DNA of 64,000 nucleotides from Candidatus Woesearchaeota archaeon (GTDB lineage Archaea; Nanobdellota; Nanobdellia; Woesearchaeales; UBA119): NCBI GenBank assembly GCA_030156615.1, contig JASGME010000005.1, positions 1,858 to 65,857 of the forward strand, read 5' to 3'. Shown piece by piece: positions 60,622 to 64,000 of this stretch (position 1 is its first letter; each line of letters starts with the position of its first letter). The notes under the pieces were generated by a model. It saw only the letters and a program-made list of their open reading frames with translations, ran no database searches and was not told where the DNA came from. The position numbers and the translations under genes were made by a program.

Positions 60622-61109
60622 TTTAATCTCCTTATTTTTGATTGTTTAGGTTTGTTATATTTTGAATAGCCTTTTTTATAAGGAACGATTTTTCCCTTGT
60701 TATCCCAAAAAGAGATCTGACCGACAATCATATAAGGATAGATTTTAAGAGGTTTTGTAGATACCAACTCGAGTGTCCATGAATGCTTCGAGCCTGTATG
60801 ACCTAAGTTGGCAGAAACTTGCAAAAACAAACCTAACCTTCCAAGAGAACTTCTACCTATTAAGCTCATAGCATATTTATGACTACCTAGAATCTCATAA
60901 GTATTTGCAAGATAAATTTGATGAGGTTTTAAAACAAAACCTGTCTTAGGGATTTTTATTCTTTTTACTTCGTTACCTGAAAAATCAATTATTTCATTAT
61001 CGATTCTATAATTATAGCTATTCGGATTTACCTGATTTTTATTAAATGGGATAATTATTATGTTTGATCTCTTAACTTCTTTCTCTATCTCTTTTCCTGT
61101 AAGTATCAT
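60618..61109 (-). CDS. dCTP deaminase-family protein, paralog A
   Basis: MILTGKEI, QVNPNSYN, GRSSLGRLGL, WTLEL, VGQISFW. Confidence 0.9.
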   Translation of the reverse strand: MILTGKEIEKEVKRSNIIIIPFNKNQVNPNSYNYRIDNEIIDFSGNEVKRIKIPKTGFVLKPHQIYLANTYEILGSHKYAMSLIGRSSLGRLGLFLQVSANLGHTGSKHSWTLELVSTKPLKIYPYMIVGQISFWDNKGKIVPYKKGYSKYNKPKQSKIRRLK

Positions 61110-61110
61110 T

Positions 61111-61926
61111 TTAAAATAACTCAACGTATCTGTCCGGATAAATATTTTTTCTATATCTTAAAACCAAAACAGAATATCCTTGATATGGTCTTAATTTATT
61201 AGACATCATCTTTATGTTCATTAGTCTTTTAAACATTGCATCACACAATTCCTTGCTGTTGATTTTTCTTTCTTTACAAACTTTTTTAATTGTGCTGTGA
61301 CAATAATGCTCCAGTTCTTCTTTTGTCTCTTCTATTAAATCATTTCTTTCCTCATAGATCACTTCTAATCCTTTATACATTTTCATAATATCTTTATAAG
61401 ATTCTCTTGTTGGGGTAATTCCAAAAACTTTTTTGAATTCGGCTATTAAACTTTCTGGAATTGGAGATTTGATATAAAATGGCGATGCTAGAATAAATCC
61501 TCCATCTTCTAGATGTTCCAAACAGATTTTCAACATTTCTTCAGGTCTTGAAAAAAATTTTAATGATGCTCCTATAATAATATGAGTAAATCTTTCATTA
61601 GATTTGAATTTATATCCATCTTCTACGAAGTAATCTATTTTTATATTTGGAGCATATTTCTTTTTATTTTCTATTGCTGCTTCAACCGATCTCTTTGAAA
61701 TATCAAATGCTTTTCCGGTACAACCACTAAGAATTGCTAATTCTCGTGATGAAAATCCCGTTGTACAAGCAATTTCTAAGATTTTAGAATCCTCATTCAA
61801 GTTAGAGAAGACTTTCCATTTTGACAATGTATTAAAGGCTCCTGGTAAAACATTCCATTGGTTGATAAAACCAACAAAATCAGTGTAAGACATGCTTTCT
61901 ATATATTCAACAGTTATATTCTGCAT
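61111..61926 (-). CDS. Class I SAM-dependent methyltransferase
   Basis: Motif I variant ILEIACTTGFSS, AFDIS, VEDG, FTHII, LEDGGFI. Confidence 0.85.
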   Translation of the reverse strand: MQNITVEYIESMSYTDFVGFINQWNVLPGAFNTLSKWKVFSNLNEDSKILEIACTTGFSSRELAILSGCTGKAFDISKRSVEAAIENKKKYAPNIKIDYFVEDGYKFKSNERFTHIIIGASLKFFSRPEEMLKICLEHLEDGGFILASPFYIKSPIPESLIAEFKKVFGITPTRESYKDIMKMYKGLEVIYEERNDLIEETKEELEHYCHSTIKKVCKERKINSKELCDAMFKRLMNIKMMSNKLRPYQGYSVLVLRYRKNIYPDRYVELF

Positions 61927-61927
61927 T

Positions 61928-63019
61928 TTACTCAACCCCCGATTCGATTATTTCTATTTTTTTATTTTCTGCATTTAATTTTATTTTAACTCCATAAGGA
62001 ATTGTTATCATAGGCATTGTATGCCCAAATTGTAATTGAGTAACGATGATCAGGTCTTTTCTATTATACTCTTTAGCAACTTTTAATAGAACATTCTCAT
62101 ATTCTTTGAAACTCTTCAAATGTTTTTTTAATTTGTCTTCATAATCCGGAGCATTAAACTCTATGTCTCCCCCCGGAATTCCAAAAATTATTCCTTTAAG
62201 GTCTTTTAGTATGCCTTGAGCACCATAATTTCTTAACCAGCGCTTAACTTGATCTGGTGAAGGGATTTCTTCTGAAGTTTCTAAAAACATAATTGAATCT
62301 TTCCATGAAGTCTTGTCTGGCCACAATTCTGTTCCTTTAATGAATTCTAAAACATCAATACATCCTCCGATTAATTTCCCCTCTTTAGTTCCTTTTCCCT
62401 GAATAAATTTTATTGGTAGCGGATCCTGCATCTTTCTTTTTTTATTTTGAAATTTCTTTTTCCAAGGCACTCTATCAAGCGTCCAGCCATCCTTGCTATT
62501 TTCTATTCTTCCTATGGGCTTATCTGAAAAAAGTGCCTTCTCAAAATATTGTTTTGTATAATCGTCGATTCCTCCATTCTCAGCTAAACCAAATAATACA
62601 GATGGGCCATAAAAAGAAACAATTCCTGCTTTGAGACATAAAAAATTAATGACTGTTGTATCTGATAAACCAACGAAAATTTTAGGGTTTTTTCTTATTA
62701 TGGTTAAATGTTCTTCAGTTACAAAATTTAACAATCTAATAGAATCATCTCCGCCAATGATTGATATAATCCCTTTAATATCTGGATTTTGAAATGCCCA
62801 AATTAAATCCTTTAACCTTTCTTCCGGGTGTTCATAGATCCAGTTAGCAGACTTTAAGGCATTTGGAGTTTCAATAACATTTAATCCAAAAGTTTCCTTG
62901 ATTTGTTTTTTGCCGGAGTTGTACCTCTCCTTAAACTCTGAAGCTCCTCCCCAAGAGAGAGTTATGAGCGCTACAGTGTCACCTCTCTGCAATTTCTTCG
63001 GCTTAATTAAATTATTCAT
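61928..63019 (-). CDS. S66 family peptidase (MccF/LD-carboxypeptidase-like), copy 2
   Basis: KPKKLQRGDTVALI, IGGDDS, GLSDTT (Ser), FYGP, GGCID, FLETSEE (Glu), QFGHT (His). Confidence 0.93.
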   Translation of the reverse strand: MNNLIKPKKLQRGDTVALITLSWGGASEFKERYNSGKKQIKETFGLNVIETPNALKSANWIYEHPEERLKDLIWAFQNPDIKGIISIIGGDDSIRLLNFVTEEHLTIIRKNPKIFVGLSDTTVINFLCLKAGIVSFYGPSVLFGLAENGGIDDYTKQYFEKALFSDKPIGRIENSKDGWTLDRVPWKKKFQNKKRKMQDPLPIKFIQGKGTKEGKLIGGCIDVLEFIKGTELWPDKTSWKDSIMFLETSEEIPSPDQVKRWLRNYGAQGILKDLKGIIFGIPGGDIEFNAPDYEDKLKKHLKSFKEYENVLLKVAKEYNRKDLIIVTQLQFGHTMPMITIPYGVKIKLNAENKKIEIIESGVE

Positions 63020-63988
63020 TTTGAATTAGCTCTCTTGCATGATTTAATCTTTCTGTCACACTTTCCCTTAAATCTAGATTAAATTCTACATTAATAAATT
63101 TATTTATTGAATCTTCCAAATCGTTTGTTGGAATATTTAACATTTTTTCAATATAGACGATTCTTTTGGCAAGCCTAATAATTTCTTTTCTGTGTTTTCT
63201 TGTGATTAGACTTGGATTAATAGATATTGATGCTCCAAAACAGGAAGTTAAATCTAAAAATGTTTTAAATCTATATTCTTCTGGTACGCAGTGGAAGATT
63301 GTCCAAGCACTATAATTTTGTCTCGATTCAAGCCGCGAGAGAAAAGTTTCAATACCAAATCCAAATTCAAAAGCCTCGCGATCGTTTGAGCCGTTTATTT
63401 TTATCAATTGGCCAATCTCCTTAAAAGTACCATCTTTTTGTTGTAAACAAAAAGTTGCTCCTTTTCCAGAAACCCCTTTGTTCCATAACTCCAATGGTAA
63501 AAAGAGTCTTGTTTTGTATCATACTCTATCTTTACTATCCCCTCTAAAGGTTTAGTGAAATCATCTTTTTTTGAAGAAAGAACTTTTATTCTTTCTTTTG
63601 GAATAGCATATTGTTCTGTAAGAAGTTTTGTTATATCATTAGCTACTTTTTCTCCATTTTCTGGTTTAGTTAATAATCCTAACATATTAAAATAACCAAG
63701 AAATCTTGAAAAAGAAGTTTCATATTCAATTCCCCTTTGAATAGGATCACTTAATACATGAAGCCTTAAACATGGTTGATTCATGCATACCCCTTCTCTA
63801 GGTATTTTTTCTCCAAGAATATATTTCTTCCAAGGGATAATTGTAGCATTAGTGAATAAAACAGATTTATCTTCTGTAATCAATGGAACTGGATACGTTT
63901 CTAAATATCCCTTATCAGAAAAATAATTTAAAAAAGTATCAGATATTTGGTGTTTTATCTTTTTATCATATTCAAGAGTCTTCTCCAT
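63012..63988 (-). CDS. Stand-alone AlaRS-like class II catalytic-domain protein, split by a -1 frameshift near 63473-63479
   Basis: ORF 63404-63988 has FLNYFSDKGY, SVLFTNA, QPCLR and YFNMLG (AlaRS N-terminal/motif 2 region). ORF 63012-63494 continues KEIGQL and EFGFGIET (motif 3-like). Joined length ~325 aa. Confidence 0.8.
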
Positions 63989-64000
63989 ACTAAGTTCGGA

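Noticed and set aside
1-64000. CRISPR array, cas genes, rRNA or complete tRNA genes
   Set aside because: No regularly spaced repeats or recognisable RNA gene motifs seen by eye; intergenic gaps are short. A covariance search could still find small RNAs.

Overview
Archaeal chromosomal segment, most likely a DPANN lineage (Woesearchaeota-like). The assignment is inferred from a fused PriS-PriL primase, MCM, TBP, FEN1, PCNA, EndA, aIF5A, L40e, MBF1 and a large cluster of class III signal-peptide genes. Core genes are interspersed with: (i) an ~11 kb pilin-like/Cys-rich surface-protein operon (4.6-15.2 kb); (ii) a small decay zone with gene and IS remnants (27.3-28.7 kb); (iii) a glycosyltransferase cluster (31.4-42.1 kb); (iv) a likely orphan polymorphic-toxin tip/immunity stretch (49.5-50.8 kb); and (v) an accessory island downstream of leuS (55.2-64 kb). 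The island is the best candidate for an undescribed system. Its tightly coupled minus-strand operon encodes a stand-alone AlaRS-like catalytic domain (split at an A_AAG_GGG -1 frameshift site), an MccF/S66 peptidase, a SAM methyltransferase and two reciprocally degenerate dCTP-deaminase paralogs. It converges on a second S66 peptidase, a MATE exporter, a P-loop kinase and a divergent TrpRS. This is consistent with an aminoacyl-nucleoside/nucleotide synthesis and self-resistance locus, which is inference only. No rRNA, complete tRNA or CRISPR array was recognised. All calls come from motif recognition by eye; no searches were run.
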